Shown here piece by piece: positions 46,115 to 56,958 of a stretch of DNA of 64,000 nucleotides. The stretch spans positions 124,001 through 188,000 of the forward strand of contig WELA01001079.1 in the NCBI GenBank assembly GCA_009602735.1, read 5' to 3'. The DNA comes from Mesotaenium endlicherianum (lineage: Eukaryota). A program made the translations under genes and the position numbers. Position 1 is the stretch's first letter, and each line of letters opens with the position of its first letter. The notes under the pieces were generated by a model that saw nothing but the letters and a program-made list of their open reading frames with translations, had not been told where the DNA came from and ran no database searches.

Positions 46115-49100
46115 CTACTCACATGGATCATCATCAAAGAAATATTCTGGCTCATCTACTAGGGGCCATGACTCACTATCTAGTGCATCCTCTTGAGGAT
46201 GCTCAATAGCACCCTGCTCTGCTTGAATGTAAGCCTCAATGAACCTCCCAGGCACAGGGACTTTACCTGCACGCCTCTTGCCTTCCAATAGGCCAAGGTT
46301 GGAATGGACCTTAACCAACTTCTCAGCTCTAATCTGTGTGAGACCGTTCCGCTTCTTATTATGCACAAAGTCATACTCAGACCAATACGCTCATAAAAGC
46401 TCGCTGACGAACACAGGCCTAAGACCTTAATGGCAAGCTCTTGCAGCTCAGGAGTGCTAGTTACATACTCATGCAGGAGCACTAAGTTTTGTGCAATCAT
46501 CATCAGCATATGGAGCAGCAAAGCTTCCTGTCTTAGCCTTACACATCCTCACCTGCTCCTTTATGACCTTTCTGTCAGCCTTATGAGGCACCAAACGCTC
46601 CAAAATCAAATTCCACCCAGCCTTAAGCTCTTTCACAGTATGCTGGGCATGGTCTTGGTATTGAGGGTGCAAAACAAAGCCAGCTGCGTGCATAGGTGAG
46701 TGGAAATAGTCCCACCTACCTTGGACAAGGTCCACAAAGAAGTTCCTCTCCGGAGCGGTAAAGCCAGGAAGCTTCTTAATGAACTTCACGTAGTCACACA
46801 GCTTACACCACACCTGCCCGATGACAGGATGGACCCCGTCACGTAGACGAAGCAGCTGCACGATCGGCTTCACCAACTTGATGATCTTCTCCACTTGCTT
46901 CGAGAAGGACAGAGGAAGGAGAGACCCAACAAAGCGGCCAAGCAAGCAAGCGACAGGGAGAAAGGGGAGAGAGGAGAGAGAGGATCACCGAACCAGCAGA
47001 ACAAAAAATAAGCCAAGTAAGAACCATCAGATTGCGGACCTGAAAACAAGCCAACAAAAACAGCAAGAGGGAGAGATATTGCCAAAGAGAGATAGAAGAG
47101 AGAGAGAGAGAAGAAAAGAGAGGAATGAGAGGAGGGAGACCACCAGCACACCTGCAGATCGGCCAAACGAGCGAGCAAAGAGAGGAGAGAGAGAAAGGAG
47201 AGGAGAGAGCCCAACAGCAAACCTGCAGACCAGCCAAGCAAGCAAGCAAGAGAGGAGGGAGAGAGAGAAGAAAGGAGAACACACAGAGCATCCAAACAAG
47301 AAAGCGACAGTGAGAGAGAGGAGAGAAGAGCGAGAGGAGAGAGGAGAGAGAGAAAGAAGAGAGAAACAACCAGCAAAGCAGCAGACCAGCCAAGAGAGCG
47401 AGAAAGAGAGAGAGGAGAGAGAGAAGGGAGGAGAGATAGGAGGGAGAACCACCAGACTAGACAAGCGAGCAAGCAAGGGAGTGAGAGAGAGGGAAACAAA
47501 GAGAGGAGAGGAGAGAGGAAGGAGGAGAGTGAAAACCAACAGACTTGCAGACCAGCCGAGCATGCGAGCAAAAGAGAGGAGAGAGAGAAAGGAGAGGAGA
47601 ACCAAGAGAGCAGCCAACAAGCAAGGGAAAGTGAGAGAGGAGAGAGGAGAAAGAGAACCAGCAGACCATCTGAGTAGAAAACTCGTCAGAGAGTGAGAGG
47701 GGAGGGAGAGGAGAGGAGAGAGAAAACCAGCAGATCAACAGACCAGAAACAAGCCAAGAAGGTAAGCAAGAGAGGGAGGGGGAGAGAGAGTGAGAAGAGA
47801 GACAGAGGAGAGGAGAGAGAAGCAGCAGCACAACAGACCAGCTAACCACCCAAGACAGCAAGCAAGACAGAGAGAGAGCCAGCAGACACATCAGAGCAGC
47901 ACACCATATTGAGCCAACAGCAGAACACCAGCACCTCAAAGTACCAGTTACTGAACTAGAGTAGCAACACAAGCAAAAGCCCATTAAAGCAACATGAAGG
48001 TCCTTTGCTAAATGTAGTGTGAGTAGCATGCATGAGGTCAGCACAAGCATCGCTTCATAAGTTAAATGCATACTTTATTCAGCCGCTCCAAGAGGATGAA
48101 GGAGGTAAGAATTCGCGTCGCGTTGGGTAATTTGAGCTCCAGCTGGCCTTCTTCACGATAGAGAGATGGAGGCTTGCGGTGGTTCCTGATGAATTTTACA
48201 AGATTCCTCGCCCGCTCCACAGTTTGTTGAACCCAATCAACCTTCACGATAGCTTCCAACAAGAGGTCCAAGCCGTGCGCCGCACACGCACTCCATGTAA
48301 TGGCTGGGTACTTAGCTTCTATGAGTCTACCTACCACAGCATGACAGCAGCAGTACACGAAAGAATGAGTAGCATCACAGTAGCTCACACTAGATTGCAC
48401 AGCTCTGTGACAACAGCACAAGAGAAGTGCTGCCTCACACCAACACAGCAGCATAGAAATAAAGCAAGCAAAGCAACACAGCAGTGCAAAAACAGGCCTC
48501 CACAATTGCAATACAACATCACGATATAGTAAAGTAAAAAGACACAAGGACATACCTGCATTCTTGCATGCTCTAGCAGAATCTGTGCATATCATGAGAA
48601 CATGCTCTGCACCAATCTATGATGTGACCTCCTCAAAGCATTTGGCGATGAACTTGCCACTCTTGAACTTGCCGTCACAAATCACTGCCTTCACCATTTT
48701 TTTACCCATAGGAGTCACAACAATGAAGTTGATGATTGGTGTTTTGGTGATGTCGGTCCTGTACATGAATAGTAGAAAAATTATTAGGCACAAAAAAAGA
48801 AGGCGAGGTAAGGATAAGGTAAATGCATCAGCAACACAGCAGCACAACAACAGCAGCAGCAGATTAGCAAACCAATCTACCAGCACCCAACCCAAGGGCA
48901 CATAGTATATGAGTACAGCAATAGAGCAAACCAGCAGAAGCACAAGCGCAAGCATAAGCAAAAGCAAGCAACAGGCCAGCAGCAGCAGCAGAAGCAAAGC
49001 AAAGCTACAATGCAGCAGCAGTAGGAGAAGACTTACCAGCCTTTGGAGCATATGACACAGCCTGTGACTTTTAGCTTCTCCATGAATTGGCGAAGCTCGA

Positions 49101-49836
49101 TGTCACAACATGCCATTTTTCGATCCAGAAGTTTTGTCCTTAGGTGCCACATTTGGGGTCTAGAGTAGTTAGGCCCAGCACGGGATATAGAGTCAAGCAT
49201 GAGTCCATAGGACGCACAATTGGCAGCATTAAAAGAAATGCCATTGGCATAAAACCACTTGGCAATTGCCTAATCTGCTACGTCACAAAAATCCGGTTTT
49301 TATACCTCAGGGAGGTCTGTTTGCCTACCTGAACCTTCAGCAGATCCTCCAGAGGAACAGGAAGGGCCAAGATTGCCGCTCCTCTTCATATCTTTCTCAA
49401 ATGCTTGCTGCTCCATAGTCCGCTCATGACGTGAACACTTTTGCAGAAGCTTCATTTGAGCAAGAGGAACTTTGTAAGATCTAGACCTATCATTCTCATA
49501 GTACTAGGCAGCAAAGAAAGCCTGAACGTTGGATGGAACTTGAGTACAACCTGCAATTCCTTGCCCTTGAACACACCCCAAACGGTACCTAATTGTAAAT
49601 GCACCTCCCAACTTGATATGCCCACAATACGTACAATTGTTCTGGTAGGCACCTGGGGAATCAGGCTTGTCTACCTTACGAACGTGGTCATGCTCGGAGG
49701 GTAGAATCGAATAGACCTTGAGTTTGCCCTTCTCAGCCGATGTCAAGCGAGAATTGCTGCAAGGAGAAACTAGCTCACATTCCTCCCCGTCGTCCAATTG
49801 ACTTGAATGAGTGTCGGCTACGTCCTCTTCAGACAT
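46115..49836 (-). pseudogene. Intron-containing hAT transposase (BED finger, DUF659-type core, dimerisation domain)
   Basis: Exons 49037-49836 (CTYCGH..GGAFTIRYRL..GQGIAGC; IAKWFYANGISFNAA; GCVICSKGW), 48556-48758 (TDITKTPIINFIV; ICTDSA), 48074-48330 (WSACAAHGLDLLLE; FIRNH; LKLPNATR), and 46115-about 46905 (RWDYFHSPMHAAGFVLHP; PELQELAIKVL; HNKKRNGL; KLVKVHSNL). First two introns are GT-AG with compatible phases. Putative 5' TIR ends at 50496. Confidence 0.92.
46905..47880. repeat. Degenerate GA-rich composite satellite inside the third hAT intron
   Basis: Alternating GAGAGAGGAGAGAGA tracts and AACCAGCAGACCAGCCAAGCAAGCAAG-like blocks, same vocabulary as 44950-45920. Confidence 0.85.
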
Positions 49837-51269
49837 TGCAGGATATATGAAGGGCTAAGTAAGAGTGAGGACCCTCGAATCCATAAAGCAGTCGTAGATA
49901 CAGCGTTCAACGTTAGGTATGAGTTTTGGCTGAGACTCCTTACCAAATGCATTCATACGCGGCTTGTCAGTAAGCGAATACTACCACTAATGCTGCTGTA
50001 ACCAACTCCCTTCCCTCTGTGATTGGACAAGGGACAGATAAGTGTGGTAAAATACGTATCCTATTGGATACGCGAGTAAGAAAGTTAGAAGCACACACAT
50101 TTGGTGGAGCGGGAAGGAAACACGAGTTCTAACTTTTGTTTCCTTTTCCCGCTAGGTTCATCTTTTTTTAAAGTGTTGAAGCCAGCCATGGCCAGCTGCT
50201 AAGCTACGAAGGCACAACGTTATCAACACGGCCGTTAGCTTAACCTGTGCCACGACGGTCCTCCGTGAAACACAAAACGTGTGACGCGATGACTGGACTG
50301 TGACAGACCAAATCGACAAACTTTTAAATGGCTTACGCTAGGGTGTTGGCCACACACGTTTTAAAATGGAAAACGATTTTATTGACCGACACCAACGTGT
50401 TTCGACGAATATTGCCGATTTTAGTTATTCATCCTGTATTGTACGGATAACCTGTACGCCCACACGTGTACACCGTATACAAATTTTTAAGCTAGGGAAA
50501 GGTCAACGTGCACAAAATGCGCAATGGGAAGATAAGAGTCAGAGTACACTACTGCGTCCATTGGCCATTGTATGACTACAAGTCACAACGCTAAAATTGG
50601 AAGTCACGACCCCAACAAGCAAGCAACAAGCACTAGCTGTAGCAGCCTATGACTTTAGCTGCCAACCCCAAATACAAAAGCCACATGCAGCAAGCACCTA
50701 AGTTATAGCAGCAATATCAAGAAGATGGAACTATCAATTGCAAGTACCAAAAGCAGAAGCACAAGTAGCTGCATACAGCAAGCTGTGTTAGGAAGCATCA
50801 AATCCACCCCACTTCTTTCTTAATTGTTTTGCTTTTGTAATCGCAAACCAACAAACACGAGAACCAGAGAGGCACCTTCTAACGGTAGTAATCGCATCAA
50901 GCAATAGGCTACACTTGCAAGCTTAGATGTCCCAACGCACTGCCTTCCCTTATCTCTCTTCTCTTTTGACCTGCTGCTCCTACACCCTTAAAAGCAATCA
51001 AGAGAACCAAAAATTTGCTCTTGCAGCAGCACCAACAAGTAGCTATTGTAATAAGTTGCAGCTACCAAGGACCTGCACGCTGCACCTGCAAGCATCCGTA
51101 TCCCATCCCAGCCACTCCCCTCCTTTCCCTTCCCCATATCCCTTCCTCTGGTACCTTTGAAAAGAGCGATGCACATGAACAATAAGGCCCTTCAAGAGGG
51201 GGTATGGGCTGCAACTTATAAGCAACCGAGGACAAGAATGGGAATGGGTCTCTGAAAGAAATGCAGACA

Positions 51270-51830
51270 TCAGTTAGGTGCCCCTGAATGTTGCTCCATG
51301 CCCAACCTGCCCCCCATCAGCAAGTAAGGCTCACAAAAGATTGCCAGCTCTGGCCTGAACCTGCTCTGCAATAGCATACAATTTGGAGGTCGATAGCAAA
51401 CTGTAAAGAAAATGTAAGAAGTCAATATCTGACTCACCTTCTTCTGCAATCCAACTAAATATCTCTTCAAGTGGTGCAGCTTCAAATCTCAATCAGCAAG
51501 CAAATTCTCCAGCAATGCAAAATGCACCATCAGCTGGCCCTTTCCTCCGTGGCTTCCTCCAGCTCCAACAACAAGCTGCAGAGTGGATCCGTGAGCTTGT
51601 TTTGGATAACCTTTGTAAATTGCACCTGCACCCACACATATAAGAAAGACATGAAAGACATATATGTATATGTAGGTATACACCGTGCGCACAAAAGTCC
51701 TCGCACTCAAGCTTGCACTCAGGCAAGTGAAAATTGCTTCCGGCACTTACCTCTCCATTTTCTTATTTCATTCCAATTCTAATCCTTTGGTTGTAAGAAA
51801 CACATGGAGACCTTGACCAGGTTATGAGCC
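51270..51830 (-). pseudogene. Unidentified spliced gene remnant
   Basis: Minus-strand donors GTAAGT (about 51750) and GTGAGT (about 51436) and an acceptor GTGCAG (about 51627) bracket exon-sized segments. All frames contain stops; no family recognised. Confidence 0.25.
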
Positions 51831-53558
51831 CTGGGGCCAAAAAAGAGGCCTACCACGGCTATTGCAACACAACAAGTCCAGCATGTGACAATTTTTGTTT
51901 GCGTCAACTGACTTTTAAATCGTGAGTTCCCGTCTCGTGACCCAAAGAGCACCATACCCTTTTTTTACCAACAACAAAGCAGAATTTGAGGTAGAAAAAA
52001 GGACCCCAATAAATCTAAATTGTAGCAAGCAGCAAGATACAGTCCCTCCAAGTGCCACTATCCTTCGTGTCCCCCTTCTCAGCCCCCTCCATCTTTTCTC
52101 CCAAAGTTACAGCAGCACAATGAAGTAGCACGCCAACAGTAGCCAGCAAAGTGCACAATCGTATTGGAAGAGATGGGGAAAAGGAGATAAGAATGTGAGT
52201 GAGTGGACATGCACATCTGAAGGAAATTAGACATGTCTCCCTTCAGATATATCAATACCAAAATGATAACAAAAAAGCACAAGGCGAGACCACATGATCA
52301 GCAATCATGCTCGGGTCCAGTTTGAATCAGACTAAAAGAAAGTGTGGCGGTGACTGTGGCTGTGGCTAGAACAAGATAAAGCACATATTAAAATGAACAA
52401 ATTGATTGAGCTAGTAAAGCACTTATAACACAATGTCTGCCACTTGGTTTCAGAAGAGAGGGGCCAAGACGGGCCAGATAAAAGCTGAGGCGTAGTAAGG
52501 GGCAAGAGGGGGAAAAGGAGAGGCTGACTTGCAAGCTGCAAGTTTAGAATTGCAGGTGATAGTGTTGATTGTCCAAGCGAATAACAATATTTAGCTTCAT
52601 TCAATCCCTTAACCCGATAGGCCTTAGGGTTTAAATTGTGGCACCACTGTTGAGGTGTTGTTGCAATGAAGGTTGATGCATCTAGGTGTTATACAATGCT
52701 ATGAAGGTCTGCCACTCAAAGCTAGGTCCTTTCCTAGGAACTATTAAGAGACCCGCACAACTTTTGCCTACTGACATGGTTGAGTCACACTGAATAAGGA
52801 CTGTTGAGATCTTGCTTACAGACGATGCTGCACAATACTTACCACTACACTAGCTTCTTTATTCGGATTTGATTATGCGTCGTGTTCTACATATTGTCAA
52901 AAATAGGACAATATCCTCATTCAAGTTTAAGGGCAAGACAACCCGCTCCAAACGAATGATGACGTTTAAGGAGCTTCTGTGATAAACACTCTCTTCTCTC
53001 AATAACTTCCACGTGCAGACTTCCAATTGCGGATGAGAATTATAGAAAAACCTATCTAAAAATACCTTCCACAGGCTCCAACAAAACTCAACTCTATACT
53101 CATTTTGTACAAGAAGTGAGATGCCCAGATTCGGCCTTAACCAAGAACAAATCTAATATTATAGCAAACACAAAGTCAAAAACACGACCTTTTAAAAAGA
53201 TCTCACTGTGCTTTCGAATAGTACCTGTACGTTACTCAAAGGCTGGTCGAGTCAAAATTAGTGCCGAGAGAGGTGAGAGGCTGGAGAAGGCGCCAACGGT
53301 GTCATTTGTGCCTGTCAAAAGGGTTCGAGTGGTTTAAATCCCCCTTCTCAAGCCGCTCAATTGCCAATCGGTACTGGCAACAAGTTGGCACCTCCGAGGA
53401 GCAATGTAATGGTCGGACTCTGCATGTGATCAGCATGTGATGGAGTTTCTGTTCGAGCAGGTTTGACTCGCTTTAACCCCACTTTGTTGACTTTCTATAA
53501 TTTTGTCCCGTTACTTTTCTACGCATGCAAAAACGGAACGCGCCACACCGAGTCGCGT

Positions 53559-53724
53559 GCCATTTTCAGCCATGTGCAATGCCATTTATTTGGAATCAGG
53601 CCATTTCGAGTGCCATTCTTCCGTGCGTGCGCCATTTTTCTGCCATTCAAGCTCGCCATCTTCTCCACGCCCATGGGCGCATGGCATGGCGAAACTAGCA
53701 GAGCCATTTCTCCGCCAAGGCCAT
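53559..53724. repeat. Dense GCCAT motif array
   Basis: Ten forward GCCAT (53559, 53569, 53581, 53600, 53612, 53631, 53642, 53655, 53703, 53720) and two reverse (53681, 53686) in 166 bp. Confidence 0.8.
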
Positions 53725-55153
53725 TTCAGGTCTATTGTGTTTTTATTGTGGTCTCGATATTTTATTGTTACCTGTAGCGCGAACAAGATTTTTAGGGAGA
53801 GTTGGAGAGGGCCTGGGTAGTATTGTTGCAATTCAGAACGCTGTACCCGTGATAAAAAGCCCTGTGGATGAGACTACGCTAGACTTCAGAAAAGAGCAGA
53901 CAGGCCGCATAAACACAGCACTAATTAATTGGAGGACCAGCCAATGATGGCAATGTTAGCACAATTAGTACAATTTATTCCTGTCGTGCATGAGATGGCT
54001 CAAAGGTGGACTTTTTGTGGGGGAATTCGCAAAGAACGAAATCTGTTCACCCAAGGGCCGTGAAGCGAGCCGATTTGAGGGTAAGCTGTTTTTGAAAGCA
54101 ACCCACTGTGGTGTTGATCTATTTATTGAACACTTGTAGTCGTTTTACTGTCTTTAAATAAAAATTGAAAGTGGAGTTGCCTTACAATATTTCCTTGTGT
54201 GCTTGTATCTTTTCTGCTTCTACATGCGGTGTACATATATTGTTGCACAAACAGTGCAATGAGGTACGCCTTTTGTTTATTTTGAGCACTACTTTTATGA
54301 GCAAGACATAGTTGAGGATAAAATTGATGGTCTGCAGAGTTGAGAGTCAACTGGTAGAATTGGAAGCATGTACCTATGCATGACATGACAAGCTTTACTC
54401 TGCCTGCTTTTGTGTTTGCTCTTGCATTCATAAGGCGTGTAAATTCGTTTACGTGTAGTTTGTGATGACTTAGCCCATCCTTTGGTCGTTGTGCAGGCTG
54501 ACGCTGTAAGTGAGGACAATAGGCGTGAGTTAAATGTCTCATTCAGGTTAGACAGAAATCCAAAGGAACAAGTGATACAGCAAGAGATGGTATTGAAGGT
54601 GCTCATGCGCCTAGGGGACTCAAACACGCAGTTGGCACTTGAAAGTTTTCACAGAGATAAAGCACAACCAGGGGACCTTGTGGAGTACATACACGAGAAC
54701 AAGAAGAGGGTGGTCATGCGCAGGGAACTCCTGGAAGACATAGTGAAGGTGAGCTGAAATTTGTATATCAAGTTTCAATTATGTTGCATGTAAGATAGTC
54801 TGTGTATGACTCATGTTGTATGAAGAGCCCACATCGATTAATTTACGATGACCTAGAGGGTGAGGATGCTACTGACATGCTTGCTACACATGAGTATATT
54901 ATGTCATATTCGTGTTTTAAATATTGGTTGCAAATGAAGTTCAAATGGTGGTTCTACATGCGAGTGATAAAGTCACGTGTGGTTGTGGTTTATTGCTTAC
55001 AGAGGTTGAATACCAAGTGAAAGGCTCCAGGTCAGAGATGAAGCGCCATATCAACAAGGCTATAGAATAGGGTCTGGAGGAGAAAAAGGTTAAATTCGTG
55101 CATGAGCCACACAGGTATGTTCTCATACAATAGTCTTTGAAATGGGTGGCGAT

Positions 55154-56054
55154 CCTAGTTATGAGATACGCGCGTATTGGTCGGTTGGCCACGTAAAACG
55201 TGGCGTATTTCGGCGTATTTGCTAAATACGTATAATAGGCGTAATAGTAAATTAAGTAGATCAACTCCGCTCTTTTCCGTTTACTTTATTTGTTTTAAAT
55301 CACATCGACAATAATTTCACTTCATTGTAAGGCCGCGCACGTATGGGAGACTGGCTCCGACTGACATACTCGTTTCAACATCCGAAATGTTGCGATTTGC
55401 TGATTGCGGTAAATTGTTTCATCGAGCCACACAGAGACACACTTATTGGAACGAGTTTGCTGGCGCATGCAAGCGCCAGCAGCGATAACGCGAAACGACC
55501 ACACAAGCCCGACCGCACAAAAACAGTTAGTGTGCTCACACTCAGCAGCGTCTGCATGACGTTGTGGCCATGCAGGGCCAAAAATAAATAGAAAAGAGCC
55601 ACCGGGCTCCTTAGCAAAATCGAAGTGGCCGCAGGCCAACCGTGCCGAGCGACGATGATCGTCAGATTGGACGGACCAGGGAGAGCCAAACAGGCCCCCT
55701 GTTGACAAGAAACGACAGCGAGGGGTCATGAAAAGCCAAGGCAAGTCCCTGGCCAGGTCGATAACAAAGAGGCCAAAAAGGCCTCAGGCCCGACTCCCCA
55801 CCACTCCCGACTCCCGACTTCCGAGTCCCTCAACAGCTACTTCCCGCCTAACCGGCGGTGACTGGACCGGACCCCAACGTTTTTCCGGTCAGGTTGTTAG
55901 AATGAACGAAGTTTGAGCTTCTTACATGCGCGACCAATTTATTTCAATTCTTTCGCCGAAACACGTATTTAACACGTTTTACGGCCTGGGTTGACAAAGT
56001 ACGTGTGTACGTATGCGTTTTACGTATACGACAAAAACGTATCCTATAACTAGG
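55154..56054. mobile_element. hAT-type MITE, copy 2 (901 bp)
   Basis: TIRs CCTAGTTATGAGATACG / CGTATCCTATAACTAGG (15/17 match). 8-bp TSD GTGGCGAT/GTGGCAAT (55146-55153, 56055-56062). Left subterminal region is homologous to the reverse complement of the right end of 3458-3816. Confidence 0.88.
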
Positions 56055-56958
56055 GTGGCAATGAAAGTGATGAAGTTGCACTATCCCTCGAGATTCATTT
56101 AGGCAAAGGAGAAGGCTGACTACAAGGATGAACATGACTGTATGGTGGCCAAAGTGATGGCATACGCGGTGAAGATGAAGGGGAAGGAGAAAGGAGAAGT
56201 AAGATTTCTTTCACATATCCCGCAAGTGACATGGTATAAGAATAGGTGTATTAAGACATTATTGCATGAAGTAATTGACCAACATAATGTATTATGGTAA
56301 ATGTGCATATACATCTTGAATGTGTAACCTGTTGCATGTCCATGAATATAATTGACGTTGTGGGCGGTTGGCAGGGGGGGGCAGGCCCAAAAAGCAGCTA
56401 AGAAAGCTGCAAAGACAATAGTGGACGATGACGTTGAGTTGGAGAGCAAAAAAGGAGGATCAGGGGAGGGAGTATGGAATAAAGAAAGAGATTTTATGCC
56501 AGAGCAAAGGAGCTGCTTGTCGCGAGCTGGCCATGATGACAAAGATGAGTTTTTGTGCCTAAAGCTTAGGCCCTGATAAGCACGATGTTTTCCATTGAGG
56601 GTAATGTCATGGGCTGTAAAAAAAGGGCAAGCATGCTAAACCCTCACTTTTGAATGGGTTGGTTGGCGCAATGGCACTACAGACAGGCACAATCTATGCA
56701 CATTAACAGGATTCGCAAACAGTGTCAGTGGATAGCAGTGTGCAAAATGCCGTTGCAACTTCCTGCTGTATCATTAACTTCTCTTGATGCAATTTTGAAA
56801 TTGCATAGCTGGATGTAGACGTGGTGTCACCACCTGCGCCAAGATACGAGTTGGTAGTTATCATCAATATGCATAAGTTGCAAGTTGTATACCAGATGTA
56901 CGCATATGGACCTGAACTGACTTCCTTCCATTGTTGGTTGCAGGGCGAGGGAGAAGGA

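Noticed and set aside
44931..48071. Long ORFs such as 44931-45923, 44938-45939, 46821-47696 and 46870-47571 (SL/ER-rich)
   Set aside because: Artefacts of (GA)n/(CT)n low complexity and N gaps.
52600..53460. Possible LTR or SINE with a telomere-like TTAGGGTTT motif at about 52625
   Set aside because: Single motif, no second copy, and no PBS, TSD or ORF support.
53559..53724. CRISPR-like array
   Set aside because: The repeat is only 5 bp with irregular spacing, there are no cas genes, and the context is eukaryotic.
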